Positions 19,525 to 28,820 of a stretch of 64,000 nucleotides of DNA are shown piece by piece. The notes beneath the pieces were generated by a model, which had not been told where the DNA came from, ran no database searches, and saw only the letters and a list, made by a program, of their open reading frames with translations. The DNA is from a virus (taxonomy: Duplodnaviria; Caudoviricetes): positions 352,001-416,000 of IMG/VR virus record IMGVR_UViG_3300021978_000001, one strand, 5' to 3'. Numbering within the stretch: the stretch's first letter is position 1; every line of letters begins with the position of its first letter. Made by a program: the position numbers and the translations under genes.

Positions 19525-20367
19525 ATGTTGTATAATGCATTTACCACCATGGGGGAGGTTCAGGTGCTCCGGCTTCATGCGGGAGGCTTCGCGTACAGGG
19601 GACGTTTTTACGAGGTCCAGGCTACGCGTACACCAGAGGACCCCATGCTCCTGCGCGTTCGCGTGAGCAAGGTGCTCTCTCCAGGGAATGCTAAGAGGTT
19701 GGATGCCCGCGAGAAGACACAGCGCTTGCTTCAACTCAAGCGCGCGCAGGACACCACGCGATTGGCACGAAGAGTCCACCACGCACGCGAAAAGGCGCTG
19801 CAAGGCACCCTGGATGCCAGGACCGTGCGTGGTAACACAGAGCGGCATATGTTCACCTTCTACCTTCGTTTACCTGGTTGGCTCGCGCAAACTGAATCGG
19901 AGTACCAACGGTGCTATGAGGTCGTCTGGAAGTGGATGATCCGTGGTATGCTCCGGCATCTCCCGAAGCACAAGGCGTACCTCGAAGGGTTGCTGCATGC
20001 GCAGCTCGCGTTCAAAGGCTCGTGGCGTCAACCCTGGGTAAACGCGAGAGCGTTTGCACCAAACCTTGCGGGTTCTACACGGGATCATCTGATCCTGACC
20101 ATCCCCGGCTCTGAACTTCCTGATGTCGTCCCCATGCGTCAACCCATGGGCGCTCTGTTCGCATCTTCGGTGGATATTCGCGGTGCACAAGTACCAGATG
20201 ACCTTTCGCAAGAGGAACTCGCGGTGATGCGTAGTTCGCTGGCTGAGTTTGGTCCTTCCATCCTGAACTCTTTCGTGAGCGTTTACCGCCAGGGGCAGCT
20301 AGTCGAGCACGTCTGGAGACTTGAGGGTGACGAGCAGGTTCAAGAACACGATCCAGAGGAGGAGTGA
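19525..20367 (+). CDS. Hypothetical protein, family B (MLYNAF)
   Basis: GGAG RBS; ATG 1 nt after previous stop. Confidence 0.8.
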   Translation: MLYNAFTTMGEVQVLRLHAGGFAYRGRFYEVQATRTPEDPMLLRVRVSKVLSPGNAKRLDAREKTQRLLQLKRAQDTTRLARRVHHAREKALQGTLDARTVRGNTERHMFTFYLRLPGWLAQTESEYQRCYEVVWKWMIRGMLRHLPKHKAYLEGLLHAQLAFKGSWRQPWVNARAFAPNLAGSTRDHLILTIPGSELPDVVPMRQPMGALFASSVDIRGAQVPDDLSQEELAVMRSSLAEFGPSILNSFVSVYRQGQLVEHVWRLEGDEQVQEHDPEEE

Positions 20368-20368
20368 G

Positions 20369-20866
20369 ATGCTCATTAATCTCATGACACCTCTGGGCAT
20401 TCGAGAAGCCCCGGTGCACGTACACCAGGATAGGCGTGACTACAGGTTTGTGGTCGAGCGGGGTGCGCCTGAAACTCCGCAGCTTTTCCTGGTCACATTC
20501 TCTGTCGAGTATGTTCGGGGAGCGATTGGAGCGTCCTGGTTGGGTTTCGCGAACATTCGCTTGCTCGCACCTCACGTGGATAGAGCACTGGCGCAAAAGT
20601 GGTTGGAGCGAGTCGAGGTGTTACTTGAGATAGGGGAGAGCATCGACATCGGGGGTAGACCCCTGCACTCACGTCATCACTGGAAACAAGCCCTGTTGCG
20701 TCACCTTCGCGATCAGTTCCTCGGTGAGGTCGATTACATGCCACCAGAGAGGGCCTCTCTGGCGCGCATGGTCGAAGTGCTCTTGTGGCATTACAAGACC
20801 ATGGGAGAATTGCCGCTCCCCTTGCCTCCCTCCAAAAAACCCTCCAGTCCATGGTGTCGCTCATGA
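20369..20866 (+). CDS. Hypothetical protein, family B (MLINLM)
   Basis: GGAGGAG RBS; ATG 1 nt after previous stop. Confidence 0.8.
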   Translation: MLINLMTPLGIREAPVHVHQDRRDYRFVVERGAPETPQLFLVTFSVEYVRGAIGASWLGFANIRLLAPHVDRALAQKWLERVEVLLEIGESIDIGGRPLHSRHHWKQALLRHLRDQFLGEVDYMPPERASLARMVEVLLWHYKTMGELPLPLPPSKKPSSPWCRS

Positions 20867-21504
20867 TTACACGCAGTCACAGCTTCAAGCAGATGATGTT
20901 CCTGGAGGGGCTACTTACCGAACTACGAACGGGGAAGCTCGTGTTTGAATCGAGCGATGGTGCGGTGTCTCTGATCTATACAAGATCTATTCGACCAAAC
21001 TATCATCTCCAGGTCGTGCTCGACCTCCAGCTCCTCACGCCGGTCTCGATCGTCTATCGTGAGATCCCTGAAGAGACGTGGTGTTCGACGTTTGCGGTGA
21101 GGTTTCAGTATCACCCAGAAGATAGCCCTCATACCGAGAGCTTTGTCTTCAAGCGTCTGGAGCATGAAGCACCATCGGCGTACATGAACCTGGCAGTGTA
21201 CGCGGAAAAGGTCTTGCGTGAGCATGCAAGAGCGCTCGAACGCGAGGAGAGTGACGCGCAGCATGACTTCGGAGAGTGGACGCCCTTCTACCTCGCTTGT
21301 GCGATGGCTGAACGCGTGCCCTCAACGCCTCTCAAGGTGCAGGAGATGGCTTATGCCGCATGGCGACAGCATAACAGTCTCGTGGACTCCTTCCGAACCT
21401 TGATGAACCTGGAGGTCGCGACGAAGCATTGTTACTGGGGACATTGGGGGTTGGGGACTCTGTACTTTGTAGAAGAGGAGGAGAGTGATGCCCCTGTTGA
21501 ATGA
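20863..21504 (+). CDS. Hypothetical protein
   Basis: ATGA overlap, in frame with ORF 20785..21504. Confidence 0.65.
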   Translation: MITRSHSFKQMMFLEGLLTELRTGKLVFESSDGAVSLIYTRSIRPNYHLQVVLDLQLLTPVSIVYREIPEETWCSTFAVRFQYHPEDSPHTESFVFKRLEHEAPSAYMNLAVYAEKVLREHARALEREESDAQHDFGEWTPFYLACAMAERVPSTPLKVQEMAYAAWRQHNSLVDSFRTLMNLEVATKHCYWGHWGLGTLYFVEEEESDAPVE

Positions 21505-22126
21505 CTTCATGAAACCACGTCTCGACGCGGAGCGGGATGAACATCTCAAGGCGCTTACAAGTGTGTGTTCGGCCCGCGTCAAGAAGCTCGAAAAATACCT
21601 CCTCGCGACGTATCCTGTCGCAGAACGTGTAGACGCTTCGCGCGCCGGACGCTTCATGCTCACGCGCTACACCCCCTTCGAGTGGTGGGCGTGCTTTCTG
21701 GCGGCTCACCACTTACCCTCAATGATGCCCATGCCCCTGGCCGCGCAGCCGATGAATGTGACCATGCCGTACCAGATCATGTCCACAGGGGAGGACCCCT
21801 ACTCCTATCACTGGGTGACCGTGCCGACGCGTCTGGTGTGGCTACTGCGACCCGGGTGGTATTACGTCATCGAGTTGGACATGAGAGGACACAGGCGCGC
21901 GCAGATCTGCAAGGATGCTTTCGATTGGTGGGATGAGGATTGGCGTGACCCGCATCCTTCGGACTGGAAGACGCGAAGGTATGCGCGCGTACCTCAGACG
22001 TTCGTGCGCCCAGGGGAGATCTCTTCCGAGAGTACCCTGGCACTCTTGAGGGCTTATCAAAAGGGGCATCATACCTTGATGAAACGCTTGCTCGGAGACA
22101 CGGTGGAGGTGTTGCTAGGGGTGTGA
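21485..22126 (+). CDS. Hypothetical protein, family B (MPLLNDF)
   Basis: GAGGAGGAG RBS. Confidence 0.75.
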   Translation: MMPLLNDFMKPRLDAERDEHLKALTSVCSARVKKLEKYLLATYPVAERVDASRAGRFMLTRYTPFEWWACFLAAHHLPSMMPMPLAAQPMNVTMPYQIMSTGEDPYSYHWVTVPTRLVWLLRPGWYYVIELDMRGHRRAQICKDAFDWWDEDWRDPHPSDWKTRRYARVPQTFVRPGEISSESTLALLRAYQKGHHTLMKRLLGDTVEVLLGV

Positions 22127-22138
22127 TCCTGTGTTACC

Positions 22139-22864
22139 ATGGATTTGGTAGATGTGTACCATTTTCCCAGGTATGTCATGTTGATCAATTATTGCAAACG
22201 CATCGAACAGGCGACCACCGAGGAGCGCGCGATCCTGGATCGCAGAGACGCGCGCTTCGGGATGGCCCGAGCTGAGATCACAAACGCGCCCATACTCCCG
22301 GCGCTGTTGCCCCCCGAACGAGTACCGCACGAGCGAAGAGATCGGGCGGTTTACTTCTATTGGTGGTTTGTGCCCGAGGACTTCCCGGAAGAGGAATCCC
22401 TCTGGGAGCCTTCAGGATATGCGGAAGCGAACTTCCTGGGCACGGTGGGGCGTCGGGTCGAGTGCCTGGAATATCATGGGACTGTGAGTTGGAAAGCACA
22501 TCTTTTGCACATGCTGCATACGTTGTGCCCGAAGCTCGCTTACGCTCCTTCTCCTCTTGCCATCGACCTGAATATACCCCATGTGTTCGATGCACGCACC
22601 GAGATCATGTTGACCTGGCAAGCAGACGCGAGTAGCACGCATGTGATCTTGACGCGTGAGGGAGGCTCCTGTCAGTGGGAGGTGACTTACATCGACCCAG
22701 ATCACAGACTGGAGACCTTGTTCACGTCGCGGTTGCACCCCTGGAACCTCCAGATCACAGATCAGCCTCGATTCCAGTACAGCACACACTTTAACCGGGC
22801 ACGTCTCGCTTATATGGCCTTCTATGACCGAGGCCCGCGTTCTCTGCAACTTCCCGGAGCTTGA
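22139..22864 (+). CDS. Hypothetical protein
   Basis: 241 aa ORF in tandem run. Confidence 0.7.
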   Translation: MDLVDVYHFPRYVMLINYCKRIEQATTEERAILDRRDARFGMARAEITNAPILPALLPPERVPHERRDRAVYFYWWFVPEDFPEEESLWEPSGYAEANFLGTVGRRVECLEYHGTVSWKAHLLHMLHTLCPKLAYAPSPLAIDLNIPHVFDARTEIMLTWQADASSTHVILTREGGSCQWEVTYIDPDHRLETLFTSRLHPWNLQITDQPRFQYSTHFNRARLAYMAFYDRGPRSLQLPGA

Positions 22865-22865
22865 G

Positions 22866-23300
22866 ATGCTTTACAACGCCTTGTGCGCGTGGCGGGACAT
22901 GACCCCACAAGAACGTGAGCAGCTCTCCGCGCATGTTGGAGAGGACACGAAGAACCGTTGGGGGTTGTTTCCCTTGTGCGTGGCTCACTACTGTGACTAC
23001 AGCAGGGATTATAGCACCGTGATGGTGTATGCCTGGGCAGTTTGGGTTGGCCCGACCTTCAACGCGGCGGAGTGCTTGCTGTGTGTCCAGTCGCTTCATA
23101 TCCCCATGAGTCGAGGATATGAAGGGGTGAGATGTTCGCCTTCCTGGTACAAGGAGAAAGCACAAGAGCCTGAACGCATGATCGACACTCTTCGCCGCGA
23201 GTGGAGGGTAAAGCTCAACTATCCAGCGGCTTCGATGTCCAGTGCTTTACGCTTGTGGTCTATTGACTACGATCGTCTAAGAGGCTTCCGAGAGACTTGA
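22866..23300 (+). CDS. Hypothetical protein, family B (MLYNAL)
   Basis: GGAG RBS; ATG 1 nt after previous stop. Confidence 0.75.
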   Translation: MLYNALCAWRDMTPQEREQLSAHVGEDTKNRWGLFPLCVAHYCDYSRDYSTVMVYAWAVWVGPTFNAAECLLCVQSLHIPMSRGYEGVRCSPSWYKEKAQEPERMIDTLRREWRVKLNYPAASMSSALRLWSIDYDRLRGFRET

Positions 23301-23326
23301 CGTGCCTTGGTTGATTGGGGTAGTCT
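23297..23326 (+). promoter_or_regulatory. Promoter-like TTGACG-N18-TAGTCT
   Basis: Intergenic, GG immediately before -10 as in other promoters here. Confidence 0.55.
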
Positions 23327-23353
23327 TTGGTTCGCCCTGAAACGGAGTAGCGC

Positions 23354-23671
23354 GTGATGTTGTTGAATCCTTTGTGCCATGATAAGTTGCATTTGCCCCT
23401 CGAACGATGGTGTACAGAAGGCTGTGTCTTCACCTGTGAACACGAATGGAAGTTGTACTACAAGCACAAGAAGCCACACCACTTGATGCGCGAGTCCTGG
23501 GTACGTTGGTATATCTATCGAGCAGACGGCACGCTTGTTACAAAGGGGCGTCTGCTGGTGCAACCTGCGCATCGTGTGCAGAGCGGGTATGACATGCAAG
23601 GCACCTATTACAGTGCCTCAGAAGAATCAAGCATTTCGAGCCATCCCAGCGTTCGTGGAGGTGGGGCATGA
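23354..23671 (+). CDS. Hypothetical protein, family B (MLLNPL)
   Basis: GGAG RBS; LLNPLC resembles LYNALC. Confidence 0.7.
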   Translation: MMLLNPLCHDKLHLPLERWCTEGCVFTCEHEWKLYYKHKKPHHLMRESWVRWYIYRADGTLVTKGRLLVQPAHRVQSGYDMQGTYYSASEESSISSHPSVRGGGA

Positions 23672-24294
23672 GCGTATCTAATGCCTTGTGCAAGTGGGGG
23701 AATCTCGTGGCCTTTTTGGAGGGAATCGAGGCGCAGCTCTCCCCGTGGTGGCGCTTCGATTACAACAGCGCCGAAAAGCAGGATAACATCACGACCGCGA
23801 CGATCGTCCACACGATCCTACCCTTGAAAGCGCGCTTCAAGTACACGACCAGCCTTTACACCCCATTGCGTAGCAAGAGGGCCTACCTCAATGACACGTA
23901 TATGGCTTCTCTGGGGGTTCTCAAGGCGGTCGGGGAGGTCATGGCGCAGGCGCATTGGTCTGTGATGTATCTCTGGCCTGATGCCGATCTGAGGATGCGT
24001 TCGCTCGCGCACAGTTACGCTGCCAAGTCCTTCCAGGCTTGGCATCCTGATGGTGAGAACCCCGAGAACCGCCACGAGGTCTTTGATATGCTGGGTCAGC
24101 GTCTCATCACGATCCTCGCGCAAATGCAGAAAGACAACGCGGTTTACCCCATCACGCTTCACACATGGGAAGTACCCCCCGAGGGGTTCCCTGATTTCCT
24201 GAAGTCCGGTGCATCTTTACAGGAACGCCTGGACTGGCACCCCTATCACACGCTCCAGTTGCAACCCGTGCCCTGGGGCTTCTCTTACCAGTAG
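23668..24294 (+). CDS. Hypothetical protein, family B-like (MSVSNALC)
   Basis: GGAGG RBS, ATGA overlap. Confidence 0.7.
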   Translation: MSVSNALCKWGNLVAFLEGIEAQLSPWWRFDYNSAEKQDNITTATIVHTILPLKARFKYTTSLYTPLRSKRAYLNDTYMASLGVLKAVGEVMAQAHWSVMYLWPDADLRMRSLAHSYAAKSFQAWHPDGENPENRHEVFDMLGQRLITILAQMQKDNAVYPITLHTWEVPPEGFPDFLKSGASLQERLDWHPYHTLQLQPVPWGFSYQ

Positions 24295-24302
24295 AGTCGC
24301 GC

Positions 24303-24602
24303 ATGCAAGACCTCGATCTTATCACGGATACCCCGATCACACCTGGCAACCGATACGTGTACCTGCGTAACCTGCTCTCGCTCGGGGTGCGCCACCCAAC
24401 CCGAGCATGGACTTATCTGTCGCTCAAGCGTCGGAGTGGTTTCACATCCCCCGAGAGCTTCTGGCGCCTCTTGTGCACCAAGATGGGCAGCAATGACGTC
24501 TTGCTTGACGCGATGGAAGCTGTAGATTACAGGGACCCGGAGGCGGTGATGGCACAGATCACAGATGTCCACGCAGCCTCGACCACGCCCTGGCTTACTT
24601 GA
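24303..24602 (+). CDS. Hypothetical protein
   Basis: 99 aa ORF ending in the 14-bp repeat tract. Confidence 0.55.
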   Translation: MQDLDLITDTPITPGNRYVYLRNLLSLGVRHPTRAWTYLSLKRRSGFTSPESFWRLLCTKMGSNDVLLDAMEAVDYRDPEAVMAQITDVHAASTTPWLT

Positions 24603-24644
24603 ATTGGCTTACTTGAATTGGCTTACTTGACCACGTTTACTTGA
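24591..24644. repeat. 14-bp period tandem repeat with four TTACTTGA boxes
   Basis: TTACTTGA at 24595, 24609, 24623 and 24637; unit TGGCTTACTTGAAT. Confidence 0.9.
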
Positions 24645-24655
24645 AGGATACCCCC

Positions 24656-25618
24656 ATGCAAGCCTACCTCGACCTCGTACAACATGTCCTCGATCACGGA
24701 GAGCGTAAGATCAACCGCACAGGTGTGGATACACTCTCTTGTTTTAGTCAGCACTACACCGTGGACATCTCCGAGAGCTTCCCGCTCTTGACCACCAAGG
24801 ATATGTCTGGAGGGGTGTGGAACTCCCTGATCTATGAACTGCTCTGGTACCTGAGCGGTGAGCACCACATCCGCGAGTTCGAGAAGCACTCCAAGATCTG
24901 GTCTTCCTGGGCAGATGAGAACCGAAACCTCCAGACCGCTTACGGGCGCTTCTGGCGCCGCTTCCCTTTGCCTGAGTTGTCGGACCGCTTGCCTGGAGAG
25001 GCGTGGCCTGATTACAACGCCATGCAGAAGTATGTCCGCGAGGAAGAGCGCGCCGATTTGCGCTTCACGCTGAATTTCGATCAGATCGCGTACATCTGTG
25101 ACCTGCTCTTGAATCAACCCGAGTCCAGGCGCATGATCTTGAGCGCGTGGCATCCGGCAAACGCAGCGGTCTCTCTCTTGCCGCCCTGTCATGCGTTCGT
25201 GGTGTTCAATGTCACAGGGCTCGACGAAGAGACGGGCAAGGGCAAGCTCAACTGCCACCTCACGCAGCGGTCAGGGGACATCGGGCTCGGTATCCCGTTC
25301 AACATCGCGAGCTACTCTGCTTTGACCTACATCCTCGCTCGTGCGACCGGGCATGCGCCTGGCAGTTTCTCACACACCATCGTCGATGCACACATCTACT
25401 GTGGTGAGAACGAGGATGACCCCTTCTCTCACGTCAAGCCCTTGCGCGAGCAGCTTACACGCGAACCGCGTGCTCTCCCGACGCTCCAGTTGCACGGAGC
25501 CCCCAAAGAGTTGACGCTTGAGGGTGCATTGGCATACATCGACGGATTAACCTTTGACAGCTTCAAACTGATGGGGTATGATCCTCATCCAAGGCTGCGT
25601 ATGAAGGTGGCCGTGTAA
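24656..25618 (+). CDS. thyA: Thymidylate synthase
   Basis: FPLLTTK, ELLWYLSG, RRMILSAW, catalytic LPPCH, QRSGDIGLGIPFNIASY, DAHIY; ATG at 24656 after AAGGA. Confidence 0.95.
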   Translation: MQAYLDLVQHVLDHGERKINRTGVDTLSCFSQHYTVDISESFPLLTTKDMSGGVWNSLIYELLWYLSGEHHIREFEKHSKIWSSWADENRNLQTAYGRFWRRFPLPELSDRLPGEAWPDYNAMQKYVREEERADLRFTLNFDQIAYICDLLLNQPESRRMILSAWHPANAAVSLLPPCHAFVVFNVTGLDEETGKGKLNCHLTQRSGDIGLGIPFNIASYSALTYILARATGHAPGSFSHTIVDAHIYCGENEDDPFSHVKPLREQLTREPRALPTLQLHGAPKELTLEGALAYIDGLTFDSFKLMGYDPHPRLRMKVAV

Positions 25619-25643
25619 CACCACATTGAAGAAGAGTGTGTAA

Positions 25644-26150
25644 ATGGCAGATGAATCGCAGACCCCCGAAGAGACCCTCGAAGAGATCGCAGAGCGCGAA
25701 GGTGTCGTGCTCGGTGCCTGGGGCTATCGTTTGATGCGTCACATGGCGATGGATTACGGCGAGCTTGATGCTTTCTACGGGGTCGTCGAGGTGTACTACC
25801 GCAAGGACCGCTCGATTTACATGTGGGAGGAGCCTGCGGACACGCGCCACCTGCGCTTCCTGAAATCCCCTGAAGAACTCCAGAAGACCCTGGATCGCAT
25901 GCGCGCTGCATACCTCTTGCCCCCCTTGATGTTGGTCGATGACGAGACGGAAGGGAAGGAAGGTGAGAAGATTGCCGTGGAGGTCCCCCCCGAACTGCTC
26001 GCCAAGGACGCCACGCCCTGGTATGAGGCGCGCTACGCAGGTATGACTACCGAAGAGGTGGAGGCGGCCCTCGACGCGGAAGACGCGCGCATGGATGAGG
26101 AAGACGCGCGCCTCGATGCAGAGGACGCAGAAGGCTCGGAGGAAGAATGA
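25644..26150 (+). CDS. Hypothetical phage protein with acidic C-terminus, paralogue of next ORF
   Basis: YRLMR...EVYY...PEEL...M...PPL pattern shared with 26147..26527. Confidence 0.7.
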   Translation: MADESQTPEETLEEIAEREGVVLGAWGYRLMRHMAMDYGELDAFYGVVEVYYRKDRSIYMWEEPADTRHLRFLKSPEELQKTLDRMRAAYLLPPLMLVDDETEGKEGEKIAVEVPPELLAKDATPWYEARYAGMTTEEVEAALDAEDARMDEEDARLDAEDAEGSEEE

Positions 26151-26527
26151 GAGAGAACCCCGAGGATAAAATCTGGATGGACTACCGCATTGTTCGGTAC
26201 ATCCATGAGATCCCCATCGAAGGGTACCCCGATCAGGTGTTCTACCAGCTCTGCGAGGTCTACTTTCGTAACGGCATCCCGGTTTCCTGGTTGAACGATA
26301 AGAACCCTGTGATCTTTGCGGAGACCCCCGAAATCCTCGTGCAATGTGTCGAGGATATGCGAGAGGGTGCCAAGCATCCCCCCTTGATGTGGGATGATGC
26401 ACAACGCAGGTTGATCGAGGTGCCCAAAGAGGTGATCGAAGCTGATCGCGCGGCTGATGTGGCGCGGACCGAGGAAGCCTGGACCCGTTGGAAAGAAGCG
26501 AACAGTGGTCAATCCGAAGAGGAATGA
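26147..26527 (+). CDS. Hypothetical phage protein
   Basis: YRIVR...EVYF...PEIL...M...HPPL; ATGA overlap. Confidence 0.7.
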   Translation: MRENPEDKIWMDYRIVRYIHEIPIEGYPDQVFYQLCEVYFRNGIPVSWLNDKNPVIFAETPEILVQCVEDMREGAKHPPLMWDDAQRRLIEVPKEVIEADRAADVARTEEAWTRWKEANSGQSEEE

Positions 26528-26567
26528 CACTCATACTCTGACACGCTCGAAGAAAAAAGGAAGTCTC

Positions 26568-27185
26568 ATGAACATGTACGGCACACATCACAAGCTCATC
26601 CACATCGTCGCGATGGACAGCGCGGGCGTGATCGGGGTCAATGGTAACATCCCCTTTCGCTTGAAGGGAGATCTCGCGCGCTTCAAGACGCTGACGCTCA
26701 ATACCCCTGTGATCATGGGACGCAAGACCTACGAGAGCCTCCCCACGCCGGGCCTCAAACACCGCATCAACATCATCCTCACGAGGCAAAGCGAGATCGA
26801 GATTCCTACGGGTGACGGCCAGGGAGGGAGCGCTCTCTTGCATGTTGGGCCAGGTCAGGTCGCGACGAACCATGATGAGACCACCGAGCGCTACTACGTG
26901 GCGACGATGGAAGACGCGCTCTCGCTCGTACCGAGGGCGCATGATGTCTACATCATCGGCGGCGGGGAGATTTACAACATGACCCTCGACGCGGTGCATG
27001 AGGTGCGCGCGACCTTCGCCATGAAGTCCGTCGAGACGAAGGACACCGATGAGGTCGTGCGCTATCCGATTCGTCGCCTCGATGATGGGTTCGTCAAGGG
27101 CTACGAGCATGCTGTATACGGGGATGACGGCAGCCCAACGCACGTCTACCAGGATTGGACGAGGTTTCGAGGAGACATGCGATGA
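26568..27185 (+). CDS. folA: Dihydrofolate reductase
   Basis: IVAMDSAGVIG, DLARFK, VIMGRKTYESLP, RINIILT, YIIGGGEIY. Confidence 0.92.
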   Translation: MNMYGTHHKLIHIVAMDSAGVIGVNGNIPFRLKGDLARFKTLTLNTPVIMGRKTYESLPTPGLKHRINIILTRQSEIEIPTGDGQGGSALLHVGPGQVATNHDETTERYYVATMEDALSLVPRAHDVYIIGGGEIYNMTLDAVHEVRATFAMKSVETKDTDEVVRYPIRRLDDGFVKGYEHAVYGDDGSPTHVYQDWTRFRGDMR

Positions 27186-28018
27186 GCTTTCGTGTCTTAT
27201 TTCGAGTAGACCGTGATAACGAGGACGAGTATCGCGCGGCGGTCAAGGTCCTCGGGGGCTCTTGCGTGACGATGTTCCGTACCTCGATCAACGAGGGGGA
27301 TGTTGTGATGGGGCGTTATAGCGTCTTGCCCTGGTTCAAGGATCTGGAAAACGAACTCCAGTACAATGGCGCGAGTCTTATTAACAGCTACACGGATCAC
27401 TGCTACATCGCAGAGATGCAATGGTACGAGGACATCCGACACCTCACACCCGCGACCCATACCAACATGGGGTGGGCAAACGTGCCGGACGCGCCGCACG
27501 GGTGGGTCGTCAAGGGGGCCACGAACTCGCGCAAGCAGAAGTGGTCTACGCACATGCGCGCGCCAACACGAGAGAAACTCAAGGATGTGATGGGCCTGCT
27601 CTACGATGACCCGCTGCTCGGTGAGCAAGGTCTGGTCATTCGCGAGTACGTTCCGCTTCGCACCTACGAGATCGGCGTGCGCGGGATGCCCATGACCAAT
27701 GAGTGGCGTTGCTTCTTTGACGGCACAGACCTCCTGGGAGCAGGCTACTACTGGTCGCAAGCTGAACACGCTGACCAGCGTGGTGCTATCCCCGAGGAAG
27801 CGCTCGCCGTGGCACAGGAAGCGGCCAACATCCTGGCAGAGCATGTTCGTTTCTTTGTGGTAGATGTGGGCGAGGTGGTCAAAGCGCCTTATGGTCAGCC
27901 TGGACATGAGGAGCACGATTACTGGACGGTGATCGAAGTGAACTCGGGCCAGATGGCCGGGTTGTCGATGATCGACCCACACGACTTCTACACACGAATC
28001 AAGGAGAACTTTACATGA
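27182..28018 (+). CDS. ATP-grasp domain protein (R2K-like clade suspected)
   Basis: WVVKG, LVIREYV, EWRCFF, FFVVDVG, VIEVNSGQMAG motifs; ATGA overlap with DHFR. Confidence 0.7.
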   Translation: MSFRVLFRVDRDNEDEYRAAVKVLGGSCVTMFRTSINEGDVVMGRYSVLPWFKDLENELQYNGASLINSYTDHCYIAEMQWYEDIRHLTPATHTNMGWANVPDAPHGWVVKGATNSRKQKWSTHMRAPTREKLKDVMGLLYDDPLLGEQGLVIREYVPLRTYEIGVRGMPMTNEWRCFFDGTDLLGAGYYWSQAEHADQRGAIPEEALAVAQEAANILAEHVRFFVVDVGEVVKAPYGQPGHEEHDYWTVIEVNSGQMAGLSMIDPHDFYTRIKENFT

Positions 28019-28359
28019 GCGAAGATACTCGACATGACGCTGAAAAAGAGCCAGAACAAGAGGGCTCGGAGGATGGCTCGACCGAGACCCTGAGTTGGCC
28101 ACGCGCTAGAAAGGAGTTGGACCGCCTGATCGGGTGGGTCGTATATCTTCTGGGGTTGACTTTCGTGCTCATGATGCTCGGGTTCATGTTCGAGGGTTGC
28201 ACGATAACCACTTCGACACATGAGTACAGCGTGGGTATCCTTGGTAAGGGCGGTCCTCACATGACTGCCCGCCCCTTGAGTGAGACCTTGAGTGAGAAGA
28301 GCGAGAAGCAGGACGCAAAGCAAGAAGGCTCGAAGCAAGAAGCGAAAACAACCCCTTGA
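28015..28359 (+). CDS. Membrane protein
   Basis: Hydrophobic segment LIGWVVYLLGLTFVLMMLGFMF. Confidence 0.65.
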   Translation: MSEDTRHDAEKEPEQEGSEDGSTETLSWPRARKELDRLIGWVVYLLGLTFVLMMLGFMFEGCTITTSTHEYSVGILGKGGPHMTARPLSETLSEKSEKQDAKQEGSKQEAKTTP

Positions 28360-28400
28360 ACGCAGCAGATCAAGGGTAACACAAGAGAAAGGAGAACATC

Positions 28401-28769
28401 ATGGGTGAACATCAAAGTGTATCGGTAAGTGGTGGGGGGTGCTTCGGTTGCCTGGGAACCATCGCCTTTTTTATGGTCGTGTGGGCCTTGATCTTCGGTG
28501 TAACGATCGGGGGTGTGCATCACTCACTCTCGTGCAGCAAGGACAAGGGCGTGGCGATCCGACAGGAGGTGGAGGAGAACGCGAAAGCGCCAACGCAATC
28601 CGACATGTCCCCCAATGCAACCGACTTCGAGTCAAGCGGACCTGGTGACATCGCGCCGGGGGATACGGTGATCTATGAGAAGGCCCCCGCGCGCTACGAG
28701 CATGTGCCCGAGACGAGCAGTGAGTCCATGACACCTGTCGCATCTCCAGGTGTCCTTGTGACGCCTTGA
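28401..28769 (+). CDS. Membrane protein
   Basis: AAGGAG RBS; GCFGCLG followed by hydrophobic helix. Confidence 0.7.
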   Translation: MGEHQSVSVSGGGCFGCLGTIAFFMVVWALIFGVTIGGVHHSLSCSKDKGVAIRQEVEENAKAPTQSDMSPNATDFESSGPGDIAPGDTVIYEKAPARYEHVPETSSESMTPVASPGVLVTP

Positions 28770-28820
28770 GCCTTATGAGGTTCTCGGATCACATGACTAC
28801 ACGAGACGAAGGAACCACAC

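Noticed and set aside
1-24600. Diversity-generating retroelement behind the paralogue array
   Set aside because: No reverse transcriptase and no near-identical TR/VR pair with adenine-specific differences seen
24656-25618. dCMP hydroxymethylase or DNA hypermodification gene
   Set aside because: Keeps the dUMP-specifying Asn (PFNIASY) and canonical ThyA motifs; no modification enzymes recognised nearby
28296-28320. Short direct repeat CCTTGAGTGAGA, and GCGCGGAGAGAT x2 near 41909-41932
   Set aside because: Two-copy in-frame 12-bp duplications inside ORFs; most simply slippage
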